Below the pieces are notes generated by a model. The model did not search any database. It was not told the DNA's origin and saw only the letters and a program-made list of their open reading frames with translations. Both the position numbers and the translations under genes were made by a program. Below are positions 10,884 to 20,696 of a DNA stretch of 64,000 nt, in pieces; position 1 is the first letter of the stretch, and each line of letters starts with the position of its first letter. The stretch covers positions 805,053-869,052 of the forward strand of contig NZ_JAAHIH010000001.1 in the NCBI RefSeq assembly GCF_010671925.1, written 5' to 3'. The DNA is from Moorena sp. SIOASIH. GTDB lineage: Bacteria; Cyanobacteriota; Cyanobacteriia; Cyanobacteriales; Coleofasciculaceae.

Positions 10884-13877
10884 ATGATTACAGCTCTAGG
10901 GTATTCCATCACTGAGTCAATCGAATCTGGCACTAGAACTGTACTTGGTATTGCCTATTGGTGGCATGATTTAGCCAAGTCTTACCTAAAGACCTTCCTC
11001 ATCTTGATCACTCATCAAACCGAAAGCCATATTGGGAATGAAAACTATGGAATAAAAACTATGATAAAAGCCAGGCTTGTCGGCAAAACTAGATTGCCCA
11101 AACCATTTGTTTGGACAGTCATTTTTATCTGCATTTTACCCTATCTTCTGCATCAATTAGGGGTTGATTTTAGTACCCATCAGGAACTGTTTGACCTCTC
11201 GGCAGCCTCTGAATGGGAACCCCATCAAATTAATGATGCCATGTACTCAGTCCTGTCCGGAAGTTTTGTACACACACTCCTGGAGTGGAGTGCTGTCTGT
11301 ACAGCGTTTTTTACGGTTTGCTTAGCCTTTACGAACTACAGCATCACTAAAGACCCAATCCTTCCTATCATCGGCGTATCACTTTTTTTTGCTGGTGTGA
11401 TGGATGCCTTTCATACTCTGGCTGCTGACCGCTTAATTGATGCTGTCGCCGATAATCGGAATTTAATTCCATTTACCTGGGCACTCTGTCGGCTTTTCAA
11501 TCCACTAATCCTGATTCTAGGAACTAGCCTTTTCTTAAGGAGAAGCTGGGTAGAAAAAAACCAAACCAGGAGCTTGGGTTTTGTCATTATTGTCAGCTTG
11601 GGGTTTGGGTTGATTGCCTATGGCATAATTCACATCTGTGCAACCAGCGAGATTCTACCGGAAACAACATTTCCCAACTCCATTATCACCCGACCATGGG
11701 ACATCCTGCCATTGCTTCTGTTTATTGCTGCTGGCATTTTTATTTACCCAAGCTTTCACCAACGGTATCCCAGTCTTGTCTCTTACTCCTTAATTGTGAG
11801 TACTATTCCCGATACAGTCGCCCAACTCCACATGGCTTTTGGTTCACAAGCACTGTTCGACAGTCATTTCCAAATCGCCCATTTCCTCAAAATTATTGCC
11901 CACCTTATTCCCCTAGTAGGATTAATACTAGAATCTCAGGGTACTTCTTGTACACTAGATCAGCTCAATAAACGTCTGATAGAAGAGATTGCTAAACAAC
12001 AACAAACAGAGGAAAAATTGCAAAGGTCAATCAAAGAATTATCAGATTTCAAGTATGCTTTAGCTCAAGGATCAATCCTAGCCATTACTGACCAAAAAGG
12101 GGTAATTACCGATGTCAATGAGCGGTTCTGTCAGCTCTCTCAATATTCTAGAGAAGAACTGATTGGACAAACCCATCTACTGATCAATTCCAATTACCAC
12201 CCCAAGGAATTCTTCCGAAACCTCTGGTCAATTATTGCCAGTGGTCAAGTTTGGCGGGGAGAAATTAAAAATAAAGCCAAAGATGGCACCTATTACTGGG
12301 TCGATACCACCATCTTACCTTTCTTGGATGATAGAGACAAACCTTACCAGTATTGGGCGATCAGAACCGATATTAGCGATCGCAAACAAGCTGAGGAAGA
12401 CCTAAAACAGGCAAAAGAAGCAGCAGTTCGCGCTGCGGCGCAAAGCGCAGTTGCCAACCGCGCCAAAAGCGAATTTCTCGCCAACATGAGCCATGAACTG
12501 CGCACCCCTCTCAATGGCATCCTCGGTTACACCCAAATCCTGAAACGCTCCAAAACCTTGACTCCTCAGTCTCTCAAGGGGATTGACATTATCCATCAAT
12601 GTGGTAATCATCTGCTCACCCTGATTAATGACATTTTAGACCTGTCCAAAATTGAAGCTGGTAAAATGGAACTCTACCAGACAGATTTTCATTTTCCGTC
12701 TTTTCTTCAGAACCTGATTGACATCTGCAAAATCCGAGTTCAAAACAAGGACATTTTGTTTACTTACCAACCCCTTTCTGAACTTCCCAACGGCATCCAT
12801 GCTGATCAAAAACGCCTGCGACAAGTGCTGATTAACTTACTGGGTAATGGGATTAAGTTTACTGACACTGGAGAAATTAAGTTTACAGTAAGTGTCCTTA
12901 AATCCAGGGAAAAGGAGAATGGACACATCAACAATAGCCAAGAACTGTTAACAACAATTCGATTTAAAATTGAAGACACCGGTATTGGCATGAGTCCGGA
13001 ACAAATCGAACGGATATTTTTGCCTTTTGAGCAGGTGGGGAATCCCTTAAATAAAGCACAAGGGACGGGATTGGGATTAGCCATTACTCAGAAACTGGTT
13101 CAGATGATGGGGTCTAAGTTAGAAGTAAGCAGCCAGTTGGGCATTGGCACTGTGTTTTGGTTCGATTTGCACTTAAAAGAAACCACAGCTGTATCCAAAC
13201 CCATGACTCCTAACACAGGGATTATTGGCTTCAAAGGTCAGCCACCCACAATTCTGGTGGTGGATGATAAGCAAGAAAATCGCTGGGTGATTGTCAATAT
13301 GCTGGCTCCCCTGGGATTTGAACTAGTGGAGGCTAGCAATGGTCAAGAGGCTTTAGAGGAAGCCACAGCATTTCCACCAGATCTGATTATCACTGACTTG
13401 TTGATGCCACAGATGGATGGCTTTGAGATGATCCGACAGTTACGACAATCCCCCCAATTGCACTCAAAAGTAGTGATTGCGTCTTCGGCTAGTGTATTTG
13501 ACACTGACAAGGAAAAAAGTAGTGAGGCTGGAGCGGATGATTTTCTGCCTAAACCAGTAGAGGCAGAAAAGCTACTAGAGATGTTACAAGTGCATCTGAA
13601 ACTGGAATGGATTTATCAAGCAAAGCAGGAAGGAGGAAGTAGAAAGAAGAAAAACATCTCATCTCAAACCATAGAGATTGTCCCTCCTCCAGTCGAGAAA
13701 CTTTCCCAACTTTACGATCTGGCTAGGGCAGGCTTAATCAATGACCTTTTAAAACAAATCGATAACCTAGAAAAATCCGATCCAAACACTATTGATTTTG
13801 TCCAACATATCCGTGAATTAGCTCAAAATTTTCAGTTGAAAAAAATTCGAGATTTTCTTAAAGACTATATTCAGTGA
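10884..13877 (+). CDS. Hybrid sensor histidine kinase. Order of domains: N-terminal multi-TM (MASE-like) membrane sensor, PAS, HisKA, HATPase_c, REC, then the conserved ~65-aa C-terminal tail. An alternative start is at 11061.
   Basis: [31 protein letters not shown]-box. N/G1/F/G2 boxes ([12 protein letters not shown]...DTGIGM...GTGLGLAI). A receiver domain (VVDDKQENR...[14 protein letters not shown]...KP). The tail EIVPPPVEKLSQLYDLARAGLINDLL...LKKIRDFLKDYIQ. Confidence 0.85.
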   Translation: MITALGYSITESIESGTRTVLGIAYWWHDLAKSYLKTFLILITHQTESHIGNENYGIKTMIKARLVGKTRLPKPFVWTVIFICILPYLLHQLGVDFSTHQELFDLSAASEWEPHQINDAMYSVLSGSFVHTLLEWSAVCTAFFTVCLAFTNYSITKDPILPIIGVSLFFAGVMDAFHTLAADRLIDAVADNRNLIPFTWALCRLFNPLILILGTSLFLRRSWVEKNQTRSLGFVIIVSLGFGLIAYGIIHICATSEILPETTFPNSIITRPWDILPLLLFIAAGIFIYPSFHQRYPSLVSYSLIVSTIPDTVAQLHMAFGSQALFDSHFQIAHFLKIIAHLIPLVGLILESQGTSCTLDQLNKRLIEEIAKQQQTEEKLQRSIKELSDFKYALAQGSILAITDQKGVITDVNERFCQLSQYSREELIGQTHLLINSNYHPKEFFRNLWSIIASGQVWRGEIKNKAKDGTYYWVDTTILPFLDDRDKPYQYWAIRTDISDRKQAEEDLKQAKEAAVRAAAQSAVANRAKSEFLANMSHELRTPLNGILGYTQILKRSKTLTPQSLKGIDIIHQCGNHLLTLINDILDLSKIEAGKMELYQTDFHFPSFLQNLIDICKIRVQNKDILFTYQPLSELPNGIHADQKRLRQVLINLLGNGIKFTDTGEIKFTVSVLKSREKENGHINNSQELLTTIRFKIEDTGIGMSPEQIERIFLPFEQVGNPLNKAQGTGLGLAITQKLVQMMGSKLEVSSQLGIGTVFWFDLHLKETTAVSKPMTPNTGIIGFKGQPPTILVVDDKQENRWVIVNMLAPLGFELVEASNGQEALEEATAFPPDLIITDLLMPQMDGFEMIRQLRQSPQLHSKVVIASSASVFDTDKEKSSEAGADDFLPKPVEAEKLLEMLQVHLKLEWIYQAKQEGGSRKKKNISSQTIEIVPPPVEKLSQLYDLARAGLINDLLKQIDNLEKSDPNTIDFVQHIRELAQNFQLKKIRDFLKDYIQ

Positions 13878-13995
13878 ATTCAGAAGATGCCTTTTTAATT
13901 TCATAACAAGTTATCTGTAGCATATTTTTTAGATTTCAGAGACTAATTACAAACAGTAAGCTTGATGCCATAAGTGACTAAACAAATAAAATTTT

Positions 13996-16215
13996 ATGAA
14001 TAAAAACAAACTAATTAAGACTCTACTAAATCTCCAAAAAACAGTCCATTCTCTGCCCCTAGCACTCACTATTTTTACAGGGGTTATGTTTTCCCTACTA
14101 ACGTTCATGGGAACTTGGAATTTGGAAAACAAAACCATCGAAAAAGAGTTTGAACAAGATGCAACCGATATTGTTTCCTTGCTCCAAAGAAGCCTTGACA
14201 AAAATCTACAACAACTGGAATCGATTGTTGGGGTCTATGCTGCCTCCGAAAAAGTGACTCGTCAGGAATTTCGGACGTTTGTCAAGCCTTACTTGTCAAA
14301 TCATTCAGATATTCAAGCCCTAGAGTGGATTCCTTGGGTACCCCATGAGCAACGAGCCGCTTACGAACAAGCTGCCAAACAGGAGGGTTTTCCTAACTTT
14401 AAAATTATAGAACAGAATCCTCAGGGAGAGCTGATTAAGGCTAAACCCAGAGAAGAGTATTTTCCTGTCTATTTTGTTGAGCCATACCACGATAATGAGA
14501 CAATGTTGGGTTTTGACCTAGCCTCGAATTCTGTCAGTTTGGAAGCTTTGCAATTATCACGAGATAGTGGCAAAGCGATCGCCACCCCACCCATGATATT
14601 AATGCATAAAAGCACCCAGCACCAACTAGGATTCCTAATTTTATGGCCAATTTATCGACAGAATACACCTACTAATTCAGTTATATCCCGTCGCCAAAAT
14701 CTGGAAGGTTTTGCCTCAAGTGCGTTTTTGATTGGAGACGTCGTAGATAGGGCTTTAGAGTATCTACAACCGAGGGGGATTGATGTTTACCTGTTTCACG
14801 AATCTGCGCCAACAGAGGAGCGATTGCTCTATACCTATTCATCTAGTACACCCAAAGCATCAAAGGACTTGAAGGAGGAAGACTTTGCTAGCCTCAGAAA
14901 TGGGTTACACCATACTGTAATTCTTGATGTCTCAGGACAGAAATGGTTGATTCTGTCTAAGCCCAATTCCGAATATATCGGGAGTCGAAGAACCTGGTAT
15001 CCCTGGACTGTTTCGTTGGGGGGACTATTACTTACCATATTGCTGGCTATCTATATTAGCGATCGCATCTCAGCAGTAGCAGCACTGCTCGAGAGTGAAA
15101 GACAGCTAGAACAGCGAGTTGAGCAACGGACAGTGGAACTCCATAAAGCCAAAGAAGCAGCAGTTCAAGCAGCAGTGCAAAGTGAAGCTGCCAACCGTGC
15201 TAAAAGTACATTTCTTGCCAACATCACCCACGAAGTCCGTACTCCCCTCAACGGTATTTTGGGTTACGCTCAAATCCTGAAACAATCAACTAACCTAACG
15301 GCTAGCGACAAGAAAGGTATTGATATTATCGAGCAGTGCGGCTCTAATCTGCTCAGCCTGATCAATGAGATTTTAGACCTCTGTACAATTGAAGCTGATA
15401 AATTAGAACTCCACTCCCAAACGGTTGATTTTGGTACCTTATTGAAGGACATCGTGGAAATTTGTCAGGTGAAAGCAGAACAAAAGGGTATTTCCTATAG
15501 TTACCAAGCAAATTCTCGACTACCTAGAGCAATTAATGTTGACGAAAAACGCTTGCGACAAGTGCTGATTAACTTACTCGACAATGGCATTAAATTTACT
15601 GAAACAGGGGGAGTAACCTTTAAGGTTAGTGTCCTTGAATCAAGGAAAAATGCCAAAAATGAAACAACAAATAAACTCCAACAGATTACCACTATTCGCT
15701 TTCAAGTAAAAGACACGGGTATTGGGATGAATAGCGAGCAATTATCTAAACTATTTTTGCCATTTGAAAAGCTAGATAACACCTCTGGTTATGTGGAAGG
15801 AACTGGACTGGGTTTAGCAATTACTCAGAAACTTGTCAAGATCATGGGTGGCGAGATTAATGTCGAGAGTAACCCAGGCCAAGGTAGTATTTTTACTATA
15901 GATTTAGACGTACAAACTTATCCAGAATCCGATCAAATCAAATTTACTAAAAATCAGCAAAAAATAGTTGATATTCAAGAACAAAATAATAACAGTATAT
16001 CAGTGAAAACAACAGAAATTGTTAGTCCTCCAAAAGAAAAACTAGTCTACCTCTACGATCTGGCTATGTCAGGCTTAATCAATGACCTTTTAGAGGAAGT
16101 CGATCAGCTAGAACAAAATGATGAGATATTTATACCATTTTCCCAAGCTATCCGTCAATTATCCGAAAAATTTCAAATTAAAAAAATTCGAGAATTCATC
16201 AAACAATACCTGTAA
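13996..16215 (+). CDS. Sensor histidine kinase with a periplasmic CHASE domain, HisKA and HATPase_c. It has no receiver domain but keeps the same conserved C-terminal tail.
   Basis: Signal/TM, then a CHASE-like periplasmic domain (...QEFRTFVKPYLSNHSDIQALEWIPWVPHEQRAAYE...), a second TM, the H-box [30 protein letters not shown], and an ATPase domain. The tail EIVSPPKEKLVYLYDLAMSGLINDLL...IKKIREFIKQYL directly follows the ATPase domain. Confidence 0.85.
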   Translation: MNKNKLIKTLLNLQKTVHSLPLALTIFTGVMFSLLTFMGTWNLENKTIEKEFEQDATDIVSLLQRSLDKNLQQLESIVGVYAASEKVTRQEFRTFVKPYLSNHSDIQALEWIPWVPHEQRAAYEQAAKQEGFPNFKIIEQNPQGELIKAKPREEYFPVYFVEPYHDNETMLGFDLASNSVSLEALQLSRDSGKAIATPPMILMHKSTQHQLGFLILWPIYRQNTPTNSVISRRQNLEGFASSAFLIGDVVDRALEYLQPRGIDVYLFHESAPTEERLLYTYSSSTPKASKDLKEEDFASLRNGLHHTVILDVSGQKWLILSKPNSEYIGSRRTWYPWTVSLGGLLLTILLAIYISDRISAVAALLESERQLEQRVEQRTVELHKAKEAAVQAAVQSEAANRAKSTFLANITHEVRTPLNGILGYAQILKQSTNLTASDKKGIDIIEQCGSNLLSLINEILDLCTIEADKLELHSQTVDFGTLLKDIVEICQVKAEQKGISYSYQANSRLPRAINVDEKRLRQVLINLLDNGIKFTETGGVTFKVSVLESRKNAKNETTNKLQQITTIRFQVKDTGIGMNSEQLSKLFLPFEKLDNTSGYVEGTGLGLAITQKLVKIMGGEINVESNPGQGSIFTIDLDVQTYPESDQIKFTKNQQKIVDIQEQNNNSISVKTTEIVSPPKEKLVYLYDLAMSGLINDLLEEVDQLEQNDEIFIPFSQAIRQLSEKFQIKKIREFIKQYL

Positions 16216-16244
16216 CGTAATGGATGCATCTCATATTTGTAAAA

Positions 16245-16312
16245 AAGAAGGGAAGTGTGGGGAGGGTGGGGAGATAGGGAGATGGGGAGATGGGGAGATG
16301 GGGGAGATTTTT
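16245..16312. repeat. GGGGAGAT-type short tandem repeats.
   Basis: Read directly. A similar array occurs at 29650-29690. Confidence 0.8.
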
Positions 16313-16597
16313 ATTAATGGTAATTGTTATAACATGATATTATGCTTCTATTTTTTTGAGTGTTTTTGCATGCATTTAGATGCACCATAAAGTAATTAGA
16401 TAAACCTGGTGAATAACACTATAAATGCCAAGTCAATGAAGCAAGGGAAATTGATAGCAGACTGAAACTGTTACTTGGGTAGCACTGGTTGGGAATTCTA
16501 TAATATAACTATTGTATTTACCACTTTATTTACAACTGTATGTACAACCCCACAATCATTAAATAATTCCCAATAGTTGATTGAGTGATAAAAGACA

Positions 16598-18964
16598 ATG
16601 GCTGCCTCTCCCTTGAGGAGGATATGGAGAAATGATATGACTAAATTAAAAACAGACTCAACCACCGAATCTTCATTGTCAAAGACGGTTTCAACCAACT
16701 CATCCCAACCTTTAACAGGTCCCCTTGTCTGGTTCAGAAAGCAGCTAAATCGCCTTAATATCAGTCAAAAGATTGCCTATGGGTATGGTATTGCCCTTGG
16801 GATTGCTGTTCTGGGAACAACAGTTGGACTCCTTATTGGCAATAACTACCAAAACTATGCCCAGAACTTAAGAGAAGATGCTTTAGAAGAAAGCGAGCTT
16901 CTCATGGAATTGCAACGTCACCTGCTGGAAATACAAATACACCATCAATACTTCGCTGTTTTGTTCCAGCAACCAGACATTTTTAAGGAAGAGTATTCTC
17001 GTTTTAAAAAGCATTCCCGATTAGCCCAGCAAAACTGGTTAGCATTAAAAGAATCTTACAAAAATCCAGAGGTGGATGAGGGATCAGAGGAAGTTGAACT
17101 TTTCAATAACCTTATCAAAAATTATGACAGCCTAATACAAGTATACACCCAACGGGTAGAGGCACTATTGCAGCCAATCGATCCGTCGAATTTGAAGCCA
17201 GAAGAAATCGAGACAGCCCACAAAAATTTTCTAGAGTTAAGCAAGAGTCATTTAGGGCTAAACCTCAGGAGTTTCGTCTATGATCTTGAGGAAATAATAG
17301 AGGAGGTTGAGGAGGAAAGACCACATGCCAAAGCTGTGCTAGATGCTTCTGAAAGGCTTCGGACTCGAATCATTTTGATAACCATGATCCTATCAATTTC
17401 AACCGCAGCCCTATTAGCCTTCTATACCAGTAAAACACTGTTAGCAGCTCAAGAAGTAGAAATCCAACGTCAACAGCTCCTGAGCCAAGAATTACAAGGG
17501 GCTAAAGAAACCGCTGAAATTGCCAACCGTGCTAAAAGTGAGTTCCTGGCCAATATGAGTCATGAACTGCGCACCCCCCTCAATGGCATCCTCGGCTATA
17601 CCCAAATCCTCCAACGCTCTAAAATCATGAGTCCTGAGGAACTCAAGGGCATCCGTGTCATCCACCAATGTGGCAACCACCTACTGACCTTGATTAACGA
17701 TATTTTAGACATTTCTAAAATCGAAGCCAGGAAAATGGAACTGTACCCAAGCAATTTTCATTTTCCCTCCTTTCTAGAAAATCTAGTTGATATCTGCCGT
17801 ATCCGCGCTGATCAGAAGGAAATTTCCTTTAGTTACCAACCCCAGAATCAACTCCCCAATCACATCCATGGCGATGAAAAACGCCTGCGACAAATACTAA
17901 TTAACTTACTGGGTAATGGGATTAAATTTACTGACACTGGAGCAGTCACTTTCAAGGTCAATGTCTTGGAATCAAAGCCCTTAACAACAAAGGAAGACAA
18001 AAAGCCAAACAACCATGGACTGATCAGAACAATTCGGTTTCAAATTGAAGACACCGGTATTGGTATGAGTCCGGAACACATCGAACGCATAGTGTTGCCC
18101 TTCGAGCAGGTGGGGAATCCCTTAAGTCGAGCCGAAGGCACCGGATTGGGATTAGCCATTACTCAGAAACTGCTTGAGATGATGGGGTCTACTTTGGAAG
18201 TGCAAAGCCAACTCGGTGTTGGCAGCGTATTTTGGTTCGATTTGGACTTGCCAGAAGCGACAGGGGTAACTGATGTGATTGTTCCTGATCAGACAATTAT
18301 TGGTTTCCAAGGCAAAGAGCGCAAAATTCTGGTGGTCGATGATAAACCAGAAAATCGCTGGGTACTGGTGAATCTGCTAGCTCCCCTTGGCTTTGAACTA
18401 AAAGAAGCGAGCCATGGTAAAGAAGGTTTAGAGAAAGCTAAACAGTTCCAACCAGATCTGATTATTACTGACTTGTTGATGCCACAGATGGATGGTTTTG
18501 AGATGATCCGACAGTTGCGAGAATCCTCCCAATTCTCATCAGTACCAGTGATCGCTTGTTCAGCCAGTGTGTTTGATGATCACCAGCATCACAGTATTGA
18601 GGCTGGAGCAGATGATTTTCTGCCCAAGCCAGTAGAGTCAAAAAAGCTATTAGAGACGTTACGGGAATATCTGAAACTAGAATGGGTTTATGAAGAAGAA
18701 GAAGATAAAGATACAAAGGTAAGCAGCAAGGCACCCTCCCCCCTCAAAACTGAAAACTCGATGGTGCCGCCCTCAAAAGAAGCACTAGACCACCTGTACG
18801 ATCTGGCGAAGACTGGCTTAATTAGCGAGATTTTAAAACAAGTGGAAATCCTGGAAAAATCTGATGATAAGTTAATCCCGTTCAGCCAACATCTCCGTCA
18901 ATTAGCCGAAGACTTTAACCTCAAGAAAATTCGACAGTTTATTCAGCAATATCGGGATAAATAA
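16598..18964 (+). CDS. Hybrid sensor histidine kinase: TM, a periplasmic four-helix-bundle sensor (CHASE3/4HB-like), TM, HisKA, HATPase_c, REC, and the conserved C-terminal tail.
   Basis: Two TM segments flank a ~200-aa helical periplasmic region. The transmitter, receiver and tail are about 95% identical to those of the 20697-23261 gene. Confidence 0.85.
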   Translation: MAASPLRRIWRNDMTKLKTDSTTESSLSKTVSTNSSQPLTGPLVWFRKQLNRLNISQKIAYGYGIALGIAVLGTTVGLLIGNNYQNYAQNLREDALEESELLMELQRHLLEIQIHHQYFAVLFQQPDIFKEEYSRFKKHSRLAQQNWLALKESYKNPEVDEGSEEVELFNNLIKNYDSLIQVYTQRVEALLQPIDPSNLKPEEIETAHKNFLELSKSHLGLNLRSFVYDLEEIIEEVEEERPHAKAVLDASERLRTRIILITMILSISTAALLAFYTSKTLLAAQEVEIQRQQLLSQELQGAKETAEIANRAKSEFLANMSHELRTPLNGILGYTQILQRSKIMSPEELKGIRVIHQCGNHLLTLINDILDISKIEARKMELYPSNFHFPSFLENLVDICRIRADQKEISFSYQPQNQLPNHIHGDEKRLRQILINLLGNGIKFTDTGAVTFKVNVLESKPLTTKEDKKPNNHGLIRTIRFQIEDTGIGMSPEHIERIVLPFEQVGNPLSRAEGTGLGLAITQKLLEMMGSTLEVQSQLGVGSVFWFDLDLPEATGVTDVIVPDQTIIGFQGKERKILVVDDKPENRWVLVNLLAPLGFELKEASHGKEGLEKAKQFQPDLIITDLLMPQMDGFEMIRQLRESSQFSSVPVIACSASVFDDHQHHSIEAGADDFLPKPVESKKLLETLREYLKLEWVYEEEEDKDTKVSSKAPSPLKTENSMVPPSKEALDHLYDLAKTGLISEILKQVEILEKSDDKLIPFSQHLRQLAEDFNLKKIRQFIQQYRDK

Positions 18965-18976
18965 TAATTATAGCAA

Positions 18977-19347
18977 AGGGAGCAGGGAGTAGGGAGTAGG
19001 GAGTAGGGAGTCGGGAGTAGGTAGTATAGGTAATAAAATTGAATGTAGCTTATAAGTATAATAAACGCAATATTACAATTAACTATTACTAACCAATATA
19101 ACTATTTTTGGTTAGTAAATTTTAAATAACAAATAGTTTATTTTTAGATATTTAAGTAATAAAAAAAAATATTAAATATTATCATGAAATACTGCATCAA
19201 TACAGTGATAACAATCAATTTCAGTACTCAAAGAATGAAATATTATTACTGCTCCCTGCTCCCTGCTCCCTGCTCCCTGCTCCCTGCTCCCTGCTCCCTG
19301 CTCCCTGCTCCCTGCTCCCTGCTCCCTGCTCCCTGCTCCCTGCTCCC
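18977..19347. repeat. Inverted heptamer arrays, (GGGAGTA)n at 18977-19030 and (TGCTCCC)x~14 at 19250-19347, flanking a ~220-bp AT-rich core.
   Basis: Read directly. The two arrays are reverse-complement-related, so the region can fold as a long hairpin or cruciform. Confidence 0.85.
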
Positions 19348-19559
19348 TAAACTCCAATAATTTGTAACTCACCCAAGTAAAAACTGCTGTAATATAACCA
19401 ATGATATCCCATCGAAAAAGTGATGAAATAAACTAGAGATTAAGCTTAAACTGTTATTTTGGTAAGATTAGCTGGGAATTCTATAATATGATTATTGACT
19501 ATTGTGGAATCCCACAACTGTAAACCATTCGCAAGAGCTTATCTTAGTGATAAAAGACA

Positions 19560-19700
19560 ATGGCTGCATCTCTCTTGAGGAGGATATGAATAAATGATAT
19601 GACTAAGTTAAAAACAGACTCAACCACCGAATCTTGATTGTAAAAAACGGTTTCAACCAACTCATCCTAACCTTTAACAGGCTCCCTTGTCTGCTTCAGA
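19560..19700 (+). pseudogene. Degenerate duplicate of the promoter and 5' coding end of the kinase gene at 16598 (a remnant kinase start containing stop codons).
   Basis: 19455-19700 aligns at about 85% identity with 16480-16745 (..GATAAAAGACAATGGCTGC.TCTC.CTTGAGGAGGATATG..ATGATATGACTAA.TTAAAAACAGACTCAACCACCGAATCTT..). The reading frame is broken in the second copy. Confidence 0.55.
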
Positions 19701-19828
19701 AAGGGTCGTGTTGCACTTTTATGCGATTGACTCTAGCACTAGAACCTAAGTTGCTCAAGGCATGTCTGAGGCTGACCAAAAACCCGTGATTATCAAAGGT
19801 AAAATTAATAGTTTATTGGAGATGTCTA

Positions 19829-20689
19829 ATGAAGTTAAATAGCTGGTTCACCCTAGCTCTAGGGACGAGCCTAGCCATGTTGGTAAGCTGCACCCCCAAC
19901 ACCAACCAAGCCACCAATGTCCAACAAGCCCAGCAGGAAATCAAGATTACTGGGGCAGGGAGTCCCTATCCAGCAATGAAGGTATTAGCTACTGCCTATG
20001 AAGCCAAGACTGAAAACACAGTCATTACCTTTTTGCCAAAAAGTCAATCCCCTGGTGGAATCGCTGGCACTAAAGACAAATTGGTTGATATTGGTACTGT
20101 TACCAGGACTTTGAAACCAGAGGAGGATGATGGCTCTTTAGTATATCGGGAAATCGCCAAAGATGGTTTAGTAGTAGCAACTCACCCTAGTGTCGTAGGA
20201 GTAACCAATTTGCAAACCGAACAACTCAAGGCCATCTACAGCGGAAAGGTGACCAATTGGCAAAAGGTAGGGGGACCAGACGCAACAATTATCGTGCTGG
20301 ATCGACATGAAGATGAGTCAGCCAAGAAACTATTGCGGAAATACTATCTTGGATCAGACCTCAAGAATGCTCCAGAAGCAGTGATTTTGCGCCACGAAGC
20401 TGATTTAATTGCAGCGGTCCAGAGTACACCCTACAGCATCGGTGCTTTCTCCCTGGCCTATGCGATCGCTAATCAGCTACCTGTGAACCGCCTCAGTCTA
20501 GATGGCGTGGAACCCACCCCCGAAAACATTAAGTCAGGTAAATATAAAATGGCGCGTCGCCTTGGCATCGTCTACCGCCAGACCCCCTCAGATATCTCCC
20601 AAACCTTTATTGACTTCGCCTTTAGCAAAGAAGGAGGCAACCATCTGCTCGAATCAGGGTTCATACCATCTAGCCAGGAACAGGAGTAG
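19829..20689 (+). CDS. PstS-like (PBP superfamily, phosphate-binding-protein fold) periplasmic substrate-binding lipoprotein encoded immediately upstream of a hybrid kinase.
   Basis: Lipoprotein signal (LAMLVSC). Then [20 protein letters not shown]..., [16 protein letters not shown] and [12 protein letters not shown] motifs typical of PstS/PBP-like_2 proteins. Its stop is 8 nt before the kinase ATG at 20697. Confidence 0.75.
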   Translation: MKLNSWFTLALGTSLAMLVSCTPNTNQATNVQQAQQEIKITGAGSPYPAMKVLATAYEAKTENTVITFLPKSQSPGGIAGTKDKLVDIGTVTRTLKPEEDDGSLVYREIAKDGLVVATHPSVVGVTNLQTEQLKAIYSGKVTNWQKVGGPDATIIVLDRHEDESAKKLLRKYYLGSDLKNAPEAVILRHEADLIAAVQSTPYSIGAFSLAYAIANQLPVNRLSLDGVEPTPENIKSGKYKMARRLGIVYRQTPSDISQTFIDFAFSKEGGNHLLESGFIPSSQEQE

Positions 20690-20696
20690 TAGTGAC

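Noticed and set aside
13650-13877. Calling the conserved kinase C-terminal tail an Hpt domain
   Set aside because: The His is missing in one of five copies (Ala in the CHASE kinase), there is no HxxKG glycine, and the segment is only about half the length of an Hpt four-helix bundle. It is kept as an unassigned module.
19172-19372. 66-aa ORF on the minus strand (…REQGAGSREQGAGS…)
   Set aside because: It is purely the translation of the (TGCTCCC)n heptamer array, with no coding signal. The same applies to the ORFs at 23484-23878 on both strands and 16118-16390.
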